From Candidatus Cloacimonadales bacterium (GTDB taxonomy: Bacteria > Cloacimonadota > Cloacimonadia > Cloacimonadales > JAFGVF01), in contig OY762964.1 in assembly GCA_963667035.1 (NCBI GenBank), forward strand, positions 1,408,001 through 1,472,000: DNA of 64,000 nt, written 5' to 3'. The notes under the pieces were generated by a model. The model saw only the letters and a list, made by a program, of their open reading frames with translations. It was not told the origin of the DNA and did not search any database. Shown piece after piece: positions 42,038 through 52,538 of the stretch. Made by a program: the position numbers and the translations under genes. Each line of letters opens with the position of its first letter. Within the stretch, counting starts at the first letter, position 1.

Positions 42038-44077
42038 TTATTTTATCAATCCGTCTCTTCTAAGAAGAGCATCTGCATCCGGTTTCCTTCCTCTAAATGC
42101 TTCAAACAGATTCATAGGATGTTCAGTATTACCTTTTGCTAAGACATTTCTTCTGAAAGATTCTGCTGTTTCTTGGTTAAAGATTCCTTTCTCTTTAAAG
42201 AGTTCAAAGGCATCTGCATCAAGAACTTCAGCCCATTTATAAGAGTAGTAACCTGCTGAGTATCCTCCGGCAAAGATGTGACTAAAACTAGCTGATTTAC
42301 TTGAATCAATTACTTTTGGGAATAATCTTGTTTTTTTCATAACTTCATCTTCAAATGCTATAACATCTTTAATCTCACTTGGATCATTTGCATGCCAAGA
42401 CATATCAAGAAAGCCAAAACTTAACTGTCTGATGTTTGAGTAAGCACTGAGATAAGTTTGTGATGCTTTTATCTTCTCAACAAACTCACTTGGTATAACT
42501 TCTCCGGTTTCATAATGATAAGCAAAGAGTTCAAGCGTTTCTTTTTCGGATACCCAGTTCTCCATTATCTGAGAGGGAAGCTCTACAAAATCCCAGTAAA
42601 CACTTGGTGAAGCAACTGATGAATAAGTAACATCAGAAAGCAATCCGTGCAAAGCATGACCAAACTCGTGGAAGAGAGTCTCAACTTCTCTAAAGGTTAA
42701 CAGTGATGGAGAATCTTCAGTAGAAGGAGTAAAATTAGCTACAACAAATATTTGAGGTTTCTCCATTTTACCGTCGTGAAGTCCTTGGCCAACCATAGGA
42801 TTCATCCAAGCTCCGGAACGTTTAGTAGTTCTAGGATGTAAGTCCATGTACAGAATTCCAATGTAGTCACCATTAGCTTCAGTAACTTCGAAAACCTTAA
42901 CATCTTCGTGATAAACAGGTATTTCTGGAAGCGATTTAAACTGTAAACCATAAAGCTTACCTGCAACTTTAAAAACACCATCTATTACATTCTCAACCTT
43001 GAAATAAGGTCTTAACTCTTCAGAGTTTAAAGCGAACTTCTTCTGCTTCAATTTCTCTGAATAATATGAGAAATCCCAAGACATGAATTCTTCAAGTCCA
43101 TCTGTTTCTTTTGCAAAAGCTGCAACTTCTTCAACTTCCTTCAGAGCAACCGGATATGCCACATCATAAATTTTGTTCAAGAAATCCAAGACATTGTTTT
43201 TATTTTGAGCCATTCTCTCTGCTAATACATAATCTGCATGAGTATTAAAGCCAAGAATATTTGCTCTCTGGTGTCTTAAATTAGCTATTCTGATACAATT
43301 CTCTTTATTATCAAACTCACCGTTATTGGCAATAGTGCTAACAGCTAAGCTGATTGTCTTTCTTAACTCACGATTATCAGCATAAGTAATCACCGGCATA
43401 ATACTTGGAGCTTGTAAATTAAACATCCAGCCTTTATCATGACCTTTTTGTCTTGCTAAAGCAGCTGCAGCTTTAAGAGCATTCTCAGGAATACCTTTCA
43501 ATTCTTCTTTATCTTCAATAAGAAGTTCATAAGCATTAGTTGAATTAAGTACATTTTGTGAGTACTTAGGAGTCAATCCGGCCATTTCCATATCAATAGC
43601 TAAAAGTTTTTCCTTCTCTTCATCAGTGAGTTTCGCTCCATTACGAACAAAACTCTTATACTTAAGTTCTGTAACTCTCTTCTGTTCATCATTCAAACCA
43701 AGATTGTCCATGTTATCATATACTGTTTTCACCTTGTTAAATAGGACTTCATCAGTTGAAATCTTGCTACCAAACTGGGCAAACATTGGTGAAATAACTT
43801 GGGCAAGTGCTTTAAACTCGTTATCTGAATGTGTACTTAAAAGGTTGTAGAAAACAGATGCTACTTCCCCCATTAAAGCTCCGGATTCTTCCAGTGCTAA
43901 AACTGTATTTTCAAAATTAGGTTCTTCTGTATTTTCTTTAATTGCATTAATATCTTTTTGAGCTTGCTCAACACTTAGTTTTGCTGCAGGTTCAAAATGT
44001 TCTAACTTGTATTCATTAAGTGGGAACACATTATAAGATGTTACTCGTTTACGTTCAATCAATGGATTAGATTGCAT
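42038..44077 (-). CDS. M3 metallopeptidase (Dcp/oligopeptidase A)
   Basis: KRSGAWM, HEFGHALH, DFVELPSQ, GYSAGYYSYKWA. Confidence 0.95.
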   Translation of the reverse strand: MQSNPLIERKRVTSYNVFPLNEYKLEHFEPAAKLSVEQAQKDINAIKENTEEPNFENTVLALEESGALMGEVASVFYNLLSTHSDNEFKALAQVISPMFAQFGSKISTDEVLFNKVKTVYDNMDNLGLNDEQKRVTELKYKSFVRNGAKLTDEEKEKLLAIDMEMAGLTPKYSQNVLNSTNAYELLIEDKEELKGIPENALKAAAALARQKGHDKGWMFNLQAPSIMPVITYADNRELRKTISLAVSTIANNGEFDNKENCIRIANLRHQRANILGFNTHADYVLAERMAQNKNNVLDFLNKIYDVAYPVALKEVEEVAAFAKETDGLEEFMSWDFSYYSEKLKQKKFALNSEELRPYFKVENVIDGVFKVAGKLYGLQFKSLPEIPVYHEDVKVFEVTEANGDYIGILYMDLHPRTTKRSGAWMNPMVGQGLHDGKMEKPQIFVVANFTPSTEDSPSLLTFREVETLFHEFGHALHGLLSDVTYSSVASPSVYWDFVELPSQIMENWVSEKETLELFAYHYETGEVIPSEFVEKIKASQTYLSAYSNIRQLSFGFLDMSWHANDPSEIKDVIAFEDEVMKKTRLFPKVIDSSKSASFSHIFAGGYSAGYYSYKWAEVLDADAFELFKEKGIFNQETAESFRRNVLAKGNTEHPMNLFEAFRGRKPDADALLRRDGLIK

Positions 44078-44079
44078 AG

Positions 44080-47000
44080 TTATCTCCTATTTTTATTATA
44101 TTTATAATTATTAAAATCAAATCTGATAGTTCTTTGTAACATGATTTCGTGAGAATACATCTCATCCTTATCAGGCTCAACACCAAAAGTATATGATACT
44201 TTGAATCTTTCCGGCAAATTAAATCTGAATGTTGCATTGTGATTCACAAGCATGTTAGTCTTTGTTTCCAAATCCGTCGTTTCTTGGAACAAAGCTGTGT
44301 AATCAAAGTATATATTTCGAGTTAAATACTTACCTGCGTTTATCTTTAGATTGTCAAGCAGAATTGAAGAACTAAACTCAACTAATTGACTTTCCTCTCG
44401 CTTTAACTCATCTTTTTCATTTATAATATAGTTGGAATACACATTTTGCAAGAATCCAAAATCAACATATAGAAAGTCAAGCTTCAAAAACTTGCGAACG
44501 TAATTCTCTACCGGGTACAAGAATGGGTCAAGATAGTAACTGTTCAAGTTACCATCAAGTAAATTGAGAGCTTCGTCTTGCCAGATTGAACTTTCTTGCT
44601 CTGAAGACAAGTCTGATAGTTCACTATCATATCTAACTCGAGCCAACATGTTAACTATGGATCTATCATTAGGGTTATCACTTGAAATGTTAAATTGAAG
44701 CCTATCCACAAAACTCTTACTTAAGTCATCATCAGTATCTATAGTTAACAAGATTGTTGTTCCATCAGAAGTCTTGTGATACAGCTCTCCTAACAAATAT
44801 TCACCTGAATAATCATTCATTCCTACTTCGAAATAGTCTAGTTTAAAATTGATTCCGAAGAAATCAAATGAACCTGACTCTGCAGAGAGAAGTATTCTTT
44901 TTACTATCCATTCTTCTCTATCGTAAAACAGATGTATAAAGCTGTTTTCTCTTACCGGTATGTTAGCAGGATGAGTTATATATCTACTGTTTTCATCGAA
45001 ATATAGGATTGTATCCAACTTAAAAGGCAATAAAACTGGTTCTTTGTTTGTATTATCTGATTTCTTAGCAGGATTTAACTGTGTAAAAAGTTTTAACAAG
45101 TTATCAACCTTAGGAGGATACAAAGCCATTGCATTCCGTAGAACAACATCTGCTTCTATGTATATATCGTCAAATGGGCCGGTAATTGTAGCTTCTCTAC
45201 TGTTTCTTCCTTGAATAATTGCATTTGTAAGTGTATTTTCCTGTGAGTATTCAGGCACTGTTACCAATATACCGTCTGAATCTGTTCTGACAAAGAGTTT
45301 ACCGATCTTTAAATTACCGAGAATGAAATCTTTCTCATCACCAATCAGTTCATTTCTGACATGTATATAGCCATCACCGGATCTAACTTTGAATTTGTTA
45401 ATTGTCAGCACGTCATCATCCACAGATATATCAATTGTCATATCTCCCAGTTGCTGTAATTGACTATTAATGCTAAGATTTCCATTTTTAAGTTTGATAC
45501 TACCTTGATGGAAGTTTAATCCGTCCTCCCCCATAGAAGTAACAAGATTGACCGATGTATTAGCTTTACCCTTATCAGATAATCTAAATCTTTTCAATAC
45601 TCCTGCTATATCACTATTTATTGAAATGAATAAACTATCATTTGAGGTGATATTTGTATCGGATAAAAGATTATATCCTATAGCTCCTTTGAGATTTATA
45701 TCAGCAATATTGTTTGATTTCAATCTCAATGTGTCGACAACTAATTTTTTATGGTATTGTTTTATATTTGCTTCAAAATCAGTTATATCAAAATTATAAG
45801 CTTGCAAATTCCTTGATTTGGCATATACATCAAGAATTGGTTGCTCACTTTCACCACCAAGACTCATTTTTACTCTTCCATCAATAATGCCATTGAATTT
45901 TTCTTCAAACACTTGAGAAAGGAATAAACCATTTATATCACCCATAATTGTTAAGAGTGGTTTATTCTTAAGATCTATCACACCTAACATGTCAATAGCT
46001 TGATCGATGCTATCGTCTTTAAAGGTATTGCTTAATTCTATCCTGTCAGATGTGCCACTAAAAGTAATTGTTGAATCAATAGGCTTAATTATTCCATGCT
46101 TTATATTTCGAATATCAATTTTACCTGAAGTCTGTCTATCCTCTTTCGAGTTTATATCTATATCCAAGTCGACATATCCGTCAAACTGCCTTGCTTGATA
46201 ATCTGTCATCAAATATTTTAGTACTTCTCTAATACTTATGGATTTACCGGATAAAGCCAGACCATATTGAGTCTCATCTTCCAGATTAACCCAACCTGAA
46301 CCTTCTAATTGTTCATTAATATTAAAATCGTTTATCCAGATGCGTTTATCTTGGAATGAGGCATCAATAATATATGAGAAATCCTTATTGTTTAATAATG
46401 AACTACTTGTCTCTGCTCTAATTGAACCAAGTTTCTCATTCAAATTATAATTGAGATCCAGAAGCACTCTGGAATCAAGAGAAAGGTTCTCTGTCTCCTC
46501 GAAACGCAAAGCCGATGTACAATCTATCAAGTTATTGTTGATATCAATGTTTGAGCTACCGTATAACTTCATTTTGTTAAGAGGAGCACCTAAATCATTT
46601 GCTAATACCGTATTTGTAGTGAGTCCTGATAAATCAAGATTCATTTTACCATTCTTCTTGTCGGTCAGATAGTATCCGGAAGTCTTCACAGAACTACCTA
46701 TTGATGAAACAAAGCTCAGACTATCACTTTCCAATGAAACCACTGCGTTAAGATCTGATATGTTTAAACTTCCGTTATTGAACTCACCGCCTTTTATCTC
46801 AATGTTACCCGTTAACTTCTTATTAAGTGATATATTACCACTGGATGACATCAATATTTTAAACTGTTCATTCTCATTTTGAGGAGTAACATTCATTGCA
46901 AAATCAATATCTTTAAATTTATCAATTGAAACATCTCCACTAATATTGTTACCTTTGTAATTGGCTTTATCAATATCAATATCAAAGTTGTTCTTTACAT

Positions 47001-48129
47001 ATCCTACTTTTAACTTTGCGTCAGTAAGTTTTTCTTCTTTCCAAGCAATACTATCTGCAACAATCACTCCATATACTTCAGGAGTTTTCAAGTTTCCACT
47101 TAGTATAAAGTGTCCGTCAGTTATTCCTCTGATATCCTTTAATATGATTACAGGATTAAATGAGTTAACATTAATAGTCCCTGATAATCCAGGATTCTTA
47201 CTTAGCGGATTTGAAACAATTACTGAAGCATTCCCTGTCACTTCATCCAAATTAACTAACTTAGTCCTTACGTATAATTTATCATCAACAAGAGAAGTAA
47301 CTAGTTTTGGTATATATAGTTTGTTATCTTGATATCTGATGTATAAGTCTTCAATTTTTGCTTCCATATCAAAGTTAGTGGTATCAACTGTACTCTCATA
47401 ATTAACTATAACATCAGCATCAAAATCAAGTTCTTCCAGATAACGTGTAGAGACTTCTGCCGGCATAAGATTGTTTAATGTAGCGTTCAATTTCACTACC
47501 TTTGAATCTTTCACTGCCAAATACGTACTCATAGAGCTTTCTTTGCTGTTATTTGCGTTAATCGATAATTCAAACTCATTATCTCTAGCTGTAATAGATG
47601 CATTTATTCTATCAATCTTATCGCTAAGATAGAGTTCATTAGTCCCGTCTGTTGAGCTTATTATAGTGTATTTAACACTTCCGTCAATAAGAGTTAGCTT
47701 ACCAAAGTATTTGCTTAAATTAGGGAACATAAATGGTTCATTTTCTTCATCAGTGGCCCTCTCAGGCAATACATAAGTAACAATCATTTCAGGATTTACT
47801 GCAGTTATGTCATTTAAGGGTCTGTACTTATTACTAAATCCCGGGATTAATCCGATTAGTTTGTAATCTACTATCAATTGATTTAGATTAAAGATATAGT
47901 TATCGGTTTTATTCACTAAACTGATATCGTTTATTATAACTTGCTTATCACTAAGAGTCAAATCACCGATTTCTAAATCAGCATGCAAATGTTCTTTCAC
48001 ATAGTTAACTGCAAATCTGTTTATATACGGCGTGAAGACCTTTGTTTTCGTTATTAATAGTATTATACCGTTATATACAAGTATAAGGATTAATAACCAA
48101 AATAGAAAAATAGGTCTTCTTCGCATCAT
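44080..48129 (-). CDS. TamB/AsmA-like large envelope protein
   Basis: N-terminal TM, long beta-rich repeats, C-terminal AGKYLT strands. Confidence 0.6.
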   Translation of the reverse strand: MMRRRPIFLFWLLILILVYNGIILLITKTKVFTPYINRFAVNYVKEHLHADLEIGDLTLSDKQVIINDISLVNKTDNYIFNLNQLIVDYKLIGLIPGFSNKYRPLNDITAVNPEMIVTYVLPERATDEENEPFMFPNLSKYFGKLTLIDGSVKYTIISSTDGTNELYLSDKIDRINASITARDNEFELSINANNSKESSMSTYLAVKDSKVVKLNATLNNLMPAEVSTRYLEELDFDADVIVNYESTVDTTNFDMEAKIEDLYIRYQDNKLYIPKLVTSLVDDKLYVRTKLVNLDEVTGNASVIVSNPLSKNPGLSGTINVNSFNPVIILKDIRGITDGHFILSGNLKTPEVYGVIVADSIAWKEEKLTDAKLKVGYVKNNFDIDIDKANYKGNNISGDVSIDKFKDIDFAMNVTPQNENEQFKILMSSSGNISLNKKLTGNIEIKGGEFNNGSLNISDLNAVVSLESDSLSFVSSIGSSVKTSGYYLTDKKNGKMNLDLSGLTTNTVLANDLGAPLNKMKLYGSSNIDINNNLIDCTSALRFEETENLSLDSRVLLDLNYNLNEKLGSIRAETSSSLLNNKDFSYIIDASFQDKRIWINDFNINEQLEGSGWVNLEDETQYGLALSGKSISIREVLKYLMTDYQARQFDGYVDLDIDINSKEDRQTSGKIDIRNIKHGIIKPIDSTITFSGTSDRIELSNTFKDDSIDQAIDMLGVIDLKNKPLLTIMGDINGLFLSQVFEEKFNGIIDGRVKMSLGGESEQPILDVYAKSRNLQAYNFDITDFEANIKQYHKKLVVDTLRLKSNNIADINLKGAIGYNLLSDTNITSNDSLFISINSDIAGVLKRFRLSDKGKANTSVNLVTSMGEDGLNFHQGSIKLKNGNLSINSQLQQLGDMTIDISVDDDVLTINKFKVRSGDGYIHVRNELIGDEKDFILGNLKIGKLFVRTDSDGILVTVPEYSQENTLTNAIIQGRNSREATITGPFDDIYIEADVVLRNAMALYPPKVDNLLKLFTQLNPAKKSDNTNKEPVLLPFKLDTILYFDENSRYITHPANIPVRENSFIHLFYDREEWIVKRILLSAESGSFDFFGINFKLDYFEVGMNDYSGEYLLGELYHKTSDGTTILLTIDTDDDLSKSFVDRLQFNISSDNPNDRSIVNMLARVRYDSELSDLSSEQESSIWQDEALNLLDGNLNSYYLDPFLYPVENYVRKFLKLDFLYVDFGFLQNVYSNYIINEKDELKREESQLVEFSSSILLDNLKINAGKYLTRNIYFDYTALFQETTDLETKTNMLVNHNATFRFNLPERFKVSYTFGVEPDKDEMYSHEIMLQRTIRFDFNNYKYNKNRR

Positions 48130-48134
48130 AGATG

Positions 48135-48812
48135 TTATCTTTCCAGAAGTATTCCTTGGCTTAGCTCAAAACTTCTTTGAGTTCTTTTAGCAATCTCAGG
48201 ATTATGAGTAACTATCAATATTGTTTGTCCCAAATCTCTATTAAGCTTTAACAATAGCTCAATAACTTCGTTACTATGTAATGGGTCCAGATTACCTGTA
48301 GGTTCATCTGCAAGTAACAGTTCCGGATTGTTTATTAAAGCTCTAGCTATGGCAATTCTCTGTTGCTCTCCCCCGCTTAACTGATTAGGATAGTGATTCT
48401 TGCGTGCACTTATATCAAGTTGTTTAAGAAGTTCTTCTGCTTTGCTCAAAGCATTCCTATGACTTTCACCTGCCACTAGCATTGGCATTGCCACATTTTC
48501 AATAGCTGTAAAGTCTTCCAAAAGATAATGGAATTGGAAGACAAATCCAAGATTCTTGTTTCGGAATTTATGTAAGCCTTTATCTTTAGTAGAAATTACG
48601 GATCCATTGAAAACAACACTACCATTATCAGGTTTATCAAGCATTCCAAGAATATGCAACAATGTGCTCTTTCCACAACCTGATTGACCTGTTATACTGA
48701 CAGTTTCACCTTTCACTATCTCGAGGCTGGCTCCAGCCAATATCTGAAGATCACCCCCATTTTCTTGATAGCTTTTATATATTGCATCAGCTTTTAAAAG
48801 TATATTACTCAT
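48135..48812 (-). CDS. lolD: Lipoprotein-release ABC ATPase
   Basis: GQSGCGKSTLL, GFVFQFHYLL, LSGGEQQR, ADEPTGNLD. Confidence 0.88.
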   Translation of the reverse strand: MSNILLKADAIYKSYQENGGDLQILAGASLEIVKGETVSITGQSGCGKSTLLHILGMLDKPDNGSVVFNGSVISTKDKGLHKFRNKNLGFVFQFHYLLEDFTAIENVAMPMLVAGESHRNALSKAEELLKQLDISARKNHYPNQLSGGEQQRIAIARALINNPELLLADEPTGNLDPLHSNEVIELLLKLNRDLGQTILIVTHNPEIAKRTQRSFELSQGILLER

Positions 48813-50038
48813 TAATTTCTTTCTCTTAAAATCTCGTTTATTACCATCTTATTAATCTGACGTAATGGAATTGATGTCGAAAGAGTTATTATAGCTAATG
48901 AACTAAAGAATATTGCTATCAAGGCTCCCGAATTCAATTTCATCGTCAAAACATCTATAAAGTATACATCACCATTTATTCCAAGCAAAGTCTGTTTTGT
49001 TATTATCCACGCTAAAAATATCCCAAGTATAATACCTATTAAGACGGCTATTACCGCTAAACCAACAAAAGTGCTTAGATAAAGCTTTTTTAAGGAATGA
49101 TTACTACATCCTATCGCCTTAAGTATTCCTATTTCAGGCTTTTTATCAAGAATTGAAGTCGATACGGATCCAATCATGTTAAAAGAAGCTATAAGCACTA
49201 GGAAGAGAAGTATTACGAATAGCAGTCCTCGCTGCCACTCCAACAATGAAAACAAAGATTGATTAAAATATGACCAAGGATAAATTAGATAATCCCTGAA
49301 TACTTCTTTACTCCATTCTTTTGAGATTTTCTCAACATCACCCGAATTATCGAACAATAGAACTTCCAACCATTGAGTAATGCCGTCACTCCCAAAAGTA
49401 TCTTTAAATGAATCTGCAGATATCAGACCTATAGTGTTATCCTGCTCATACATACCGGACTCATAGAAGTCTACTACTACAAATTTATTCCGCTTGTTTC
49501 TGAAGCCCATCAGTCCGGCTCCACCGATAGTCGGATTAATCACTGAGATTGTATCTTTCAAGCTGATATTTAACTCATCAGCCAATACTCTACCTAAAAC
49601 AATCTCTCCTTCGCCAACATCAAAAGAATTATTGACCAGTGATTTACTTAGATGCGATTTATAACTTTCTGTAAGTAAATCAACTCCTCTTATATAAACC
49701 CCTCTCACTGCTCCGGAATCATTTGAAAGCATAGCTTGTTTAGCTGATATAGTTGCAAATCCCTTAACGATTTCTTTGCCTGCCAGGAATTCTGATAAGG
49801 AATCAATCTCACCATACTTAAACTCATCAGTCAGATTCGGATATATCAAAATATGAGCATAAGTCCTGAATATGGACTCTTTTAAAGTTGAGGTATAACC
49901 ATCAAACAATGATATAGCCGCTGTGAGTGTCATAACAGCTATAACAATTCCTATCATTGAAAACCAGATATCAAATCTAATCTTACGTTTTCTGTTGTTA
50001 CTCAAATTCCTTGATATATAAAAAGCATGTAATTTCAT
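48812..50038 (-). CDS. LolC/E-family ABC permease
   Basis: SMIGIVIAV, ASFNMI, EIGILKAIG; coupled to lolD. Confidence 0.85.
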   Translation of the reverse strand: MKLHAFYISRNLSNNRKRKIRFDIWFSMIGIVIAVMTLTAAISLFDGYTSTLKESIFRTYAHILIYPNLTDEFKYGEIDSLSEFLAGKEIVKGFATISAKQAMLSNDSGAVRGVYIRGVDLLTESYKSHLSKSLVNNSFDVGEGEIVLGRVLADELNISLKDTISVINPTIGGAGLMGFRNKRNKFVVVDFYESGMYEQDNTIGLISADSFKDTFGSDGITQWLEVLLFDNSGDVEKISKEWSKEVFRDYLIYPWSYFNQSLFSLLEWQRGLLFVILLFLVLIASFNMIGSVSTSILDKKPEIGILKAIGCSNHSLKKLYLSTFVGLAVIAVLIGIILGIFLAWIITKQTLLGINGDVYFIDVLTMKLNSGALIAIFFSSLAIITLSTSIPLRQINKMVINEILRERN

Positions 50039-50309
50039 AAACTAATATAATTATTTGCTTAAAACAACTTTGTCAAGCTTTGTTATGGAGGTTTTACAAC
50101 ATAGCTTGGAAAGTTTATTAATGCTTTGAATTGACGATAAGCATTAATCTTATTTGTGAATACTAAAGAATAATAGATGAAACCAAGTTTGAGAAGACGG
50201 AAAATAAATTACTTTGACAACCATAACTACATAGTGTCATGCAAAATTAGGCACTGAACTCTCTTCTAATATTAGCTTCAAACCCTAAATCCATAGCTTG
50301 CAGATAAGT

Positions 50310-50708
50310 TTATACACCCACACGCAAGTACCATAAACGTATACCCATAATTTTAGAGATTACCTTTTCTTCAAAATCTATCTTTTGTTCTAAGGCTTGC
50401 TTTAACATTTTTACTTCTCTTTTAAGTAATATATTTTCTGTCTCTTCTGTTTTTGACATAACGTGTACCGTCCTTCCTATGCGATCATTTATTCCGTATT
50501 CATTAATCCAACGTTTCAAAGTAGAGGAGCCACCTATGTTGTAAATAGTTCTTGCTTGGGAGATAGTTAGAACTCCATCCTCAATCTCTTTAACTACTTT
50601 ACGTTTAAATACTTCACTATAACATAATGCTGTTTTCTGTTTCATTTTCTGTAAACCTTTAATTTCTCTCAGTTATATATGTGTCTACTTTATTTAGGAC
50701 GTTGTACA
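50310..50708 (-). mobile_element. Truncated IS3-family element (left end + orfA HTH, no orfB)
   Basis: YSEVFKRKVVKEI..YNIGGSSTLKRW HTH; terminal tgtacaacgtcctaaataaagtagacac. Confidence 0.75.
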
Positions 50709-50711
50709 TCA

Positions 50712-50762
50712 CTTGGTATTTTGTCCAAGAGAGTTCCAAGTATCTGCCATGTGTCTCCCAAG
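50712..50762. repeat. 11-bp-pitch array, core CCAAG
   Basis: ccaag/ccatg at 50725, 50736, 50747, 50758; inverted cttgg at 50712. Confidence 0.6.
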
Positions 50763-50822
50763 AATTAAAAGAAGGAGTAAAAGATAATTAAATCCTGTTT
50801 ATTTGTAATCCCGTATTCCCCG

Positions 50823-50967
50823 GTTCAACAATCCGCATTTTTCCCACTGCTCTTCCACTGTGAAGGCACTGTCAACCCAGTGATTCAGTGGGTGCACAGT
50901 GCGTGGGCACTGCCTTCACAGTGCGAACAAAGTGCGTTGTTGAACAGGGAGCAATGACAGCCCAGTG
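50823..50967. repeat. 11-bp-pitch palindromic array, core CACTG/CAGTG
   Basis: Cores at 50845, 856, 867, 878 | 886, 897, 908, 919, 930, 952, 963; 15/16 inverted repeat 50856-71 / 50908-23. Confidence 0.85.
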
Positions 50968-51240
50968 AGATCGTGAAAGTAACCAAACTCCGTATAAAAC
51001 GCACTGTAGATTCCGTTTTTTAGTATGAACTATGAATGATATTTCAAGACGTCCGTTCTCTTTACACTTCTGACAAACTCCTTGAAAAGTTATAACTTCT
51101 TGCAAATTGCACTGTTTAGATGTATTATTTTGATTCATTCCAAATTCAACACCATTAGCTTGGAACGAACAAATCCATTGGACTCGTGCTCATGCAATTC
51201 GCATAGGGTCGAGGGATTTTGGTGCAAACAATTTTTACAG

Positions 51241-51578
51241 AGCAAGCAGGGATGCTCGCACTACGGCTGGGCTACGGGAAGAATTTTGAATTCCAATAGT
51301 GAAAAGCTAATATAGATATTCCTATAACCTCTACTTTTAAGTAGAACGTGGAATCATTCCCTACTCTTTTAAAAGTACCCTCCCTCCAGATTCCTGAAGA
51401 ATCGGGAAGGAGGGAAAAGATAATTGTTATACGTAGTTGACCATCAACTGAAGTAGGTGGTTTTAGGGAAGCAGATCGGTATGTAATAAAACGATGGACA
51501 GTGATTTTAAATCGTTAATACCTTATTAAAGAATAAATCTTCCGAAGTTTTACTTTGAAAGATAAACTTCGGAAGTCT
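51241..51578. repeat. Cluster of five dissimilar REP-like hairpins
   Basis: Hairpins at 51242-64, 51341-68, 51378-414, 51440-61 and 51539-75. Confidence 0.5.
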
Positions 51579-51590
51579 AAACTATGAGAT

Positions 51591-52538
51591 TTAACTACCG
51601 TCTGAATCCTTAATGAATTTATAGTAATCGCTGTCGGTTGTCATGATTAAAGTGTTCTTACCGTCCATCGTTTCCATATATGTTTCCAGGGTTTTCAAGA
51701 ATTCATAGAATCCGGGATCACGGTTGTAAGCATTTGCATATATTTTTATCGCTTCTGCATCGGCACGACCGATTATTTCCTGAGCAGTTTTATAGGCTTC
51801 TGATTGGATTAAATCCAATTCTCGTTGCATTTTACCAAGTATCTCAGCAGAATTACCTTGACCTTCAGAACGGTATTTTGCAGCTATTTTCTTACGCTCA
51901 GAAATCATTCTTTCATAGACTTTACGAGCAACTTCATCATTATAATTAATTCTTTTAACTTTTACATCAATCAATTCAATCCCATATTCTTCGCAAAGCT
52001 TATATGATAATTGGAATATCTGATCTGCAATTGCACTTCTACCCAGATTAATTTTTTCTTCTAAATCACCACTTGAATAACTTTCTTCATATTCTTCTGT
52101 AAAATTCAAGACTCTATTGGAATTTCTTACAATTTCAATGAGAGTATTTGAACTTACAACATCACGAGTCGTTCCACTGATAATATCATCAAGTCGTCCA
52201 TGAGCGAAAGATTCACTTCTAACAGTTTGGTAAAAGATAAGAGGATCGACTATCTTCCAGCGTGAAAAAGTATCCAGCCAGATGTATCTCTTATCTGAAG
52301 TTGGAATTTGCTTAGGATCACCGTCCCACTCTAGGATTCTCTTCTCGAAGAAATGAACTGTTTGAATGAAAGGAATTTTAACATATAATCCGGCGTTGCT
52401 TATTGTTCCGCCAACGGGATCACCAAATTGGGTAATTATAGCCTGTTGTCTCTCCCCTAAAATGTAAAAAGCATTAAAAAAGACGATAAGTAAAGCGATT
52501 ACTATAATTATGCTTATGGTTGCTTTATTGATTTTCAT
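51591..52538 (-). CDS. hflC: FtsH modulator HflC
   Basis: SPFH domain; VYERMISER, YNRDPGFY. Confidence 0.93.
   Translation of the reverse strand: MKINKATISIIIVIALLIVFFNAFYILGERQQAIITQFGDPVGGTISNAGLYVKIPFIQTVHFFEKRILEWDGDPKQIPTSDKRYIWLDTFSRWKIVDPLIFYQTVRSESFAHGRLDDIISGTTRDVVSSNTLIEIVRNSNRVLNFTEEYEESYSSGDLEEKINLGRSAIADQIFQLSYKLCEEYGIELIDVKVKRINYNDEVARKVYERMISERKKIAAKYRSEGQGNSAEILGKMQRELDLIQSEAYKTAQEIIGRADAEAIKIYANAYNRDPGFYEFLKTLETYMETMDGKNTLIMTTDSDYYKFIKDSDGS

Noticed and set aside
50845..50967. Phased arrays as a CRISPR array
   Set aside because: Cores of 5 nt and spacers of 6 nt are far too short; no cas genes in the window
50872..51315. ORFs 50872-51138 (-) and 51082-51315 (+)
   Set aside because: They run through repeat DNA and have no recognisable motifs or clear RBS
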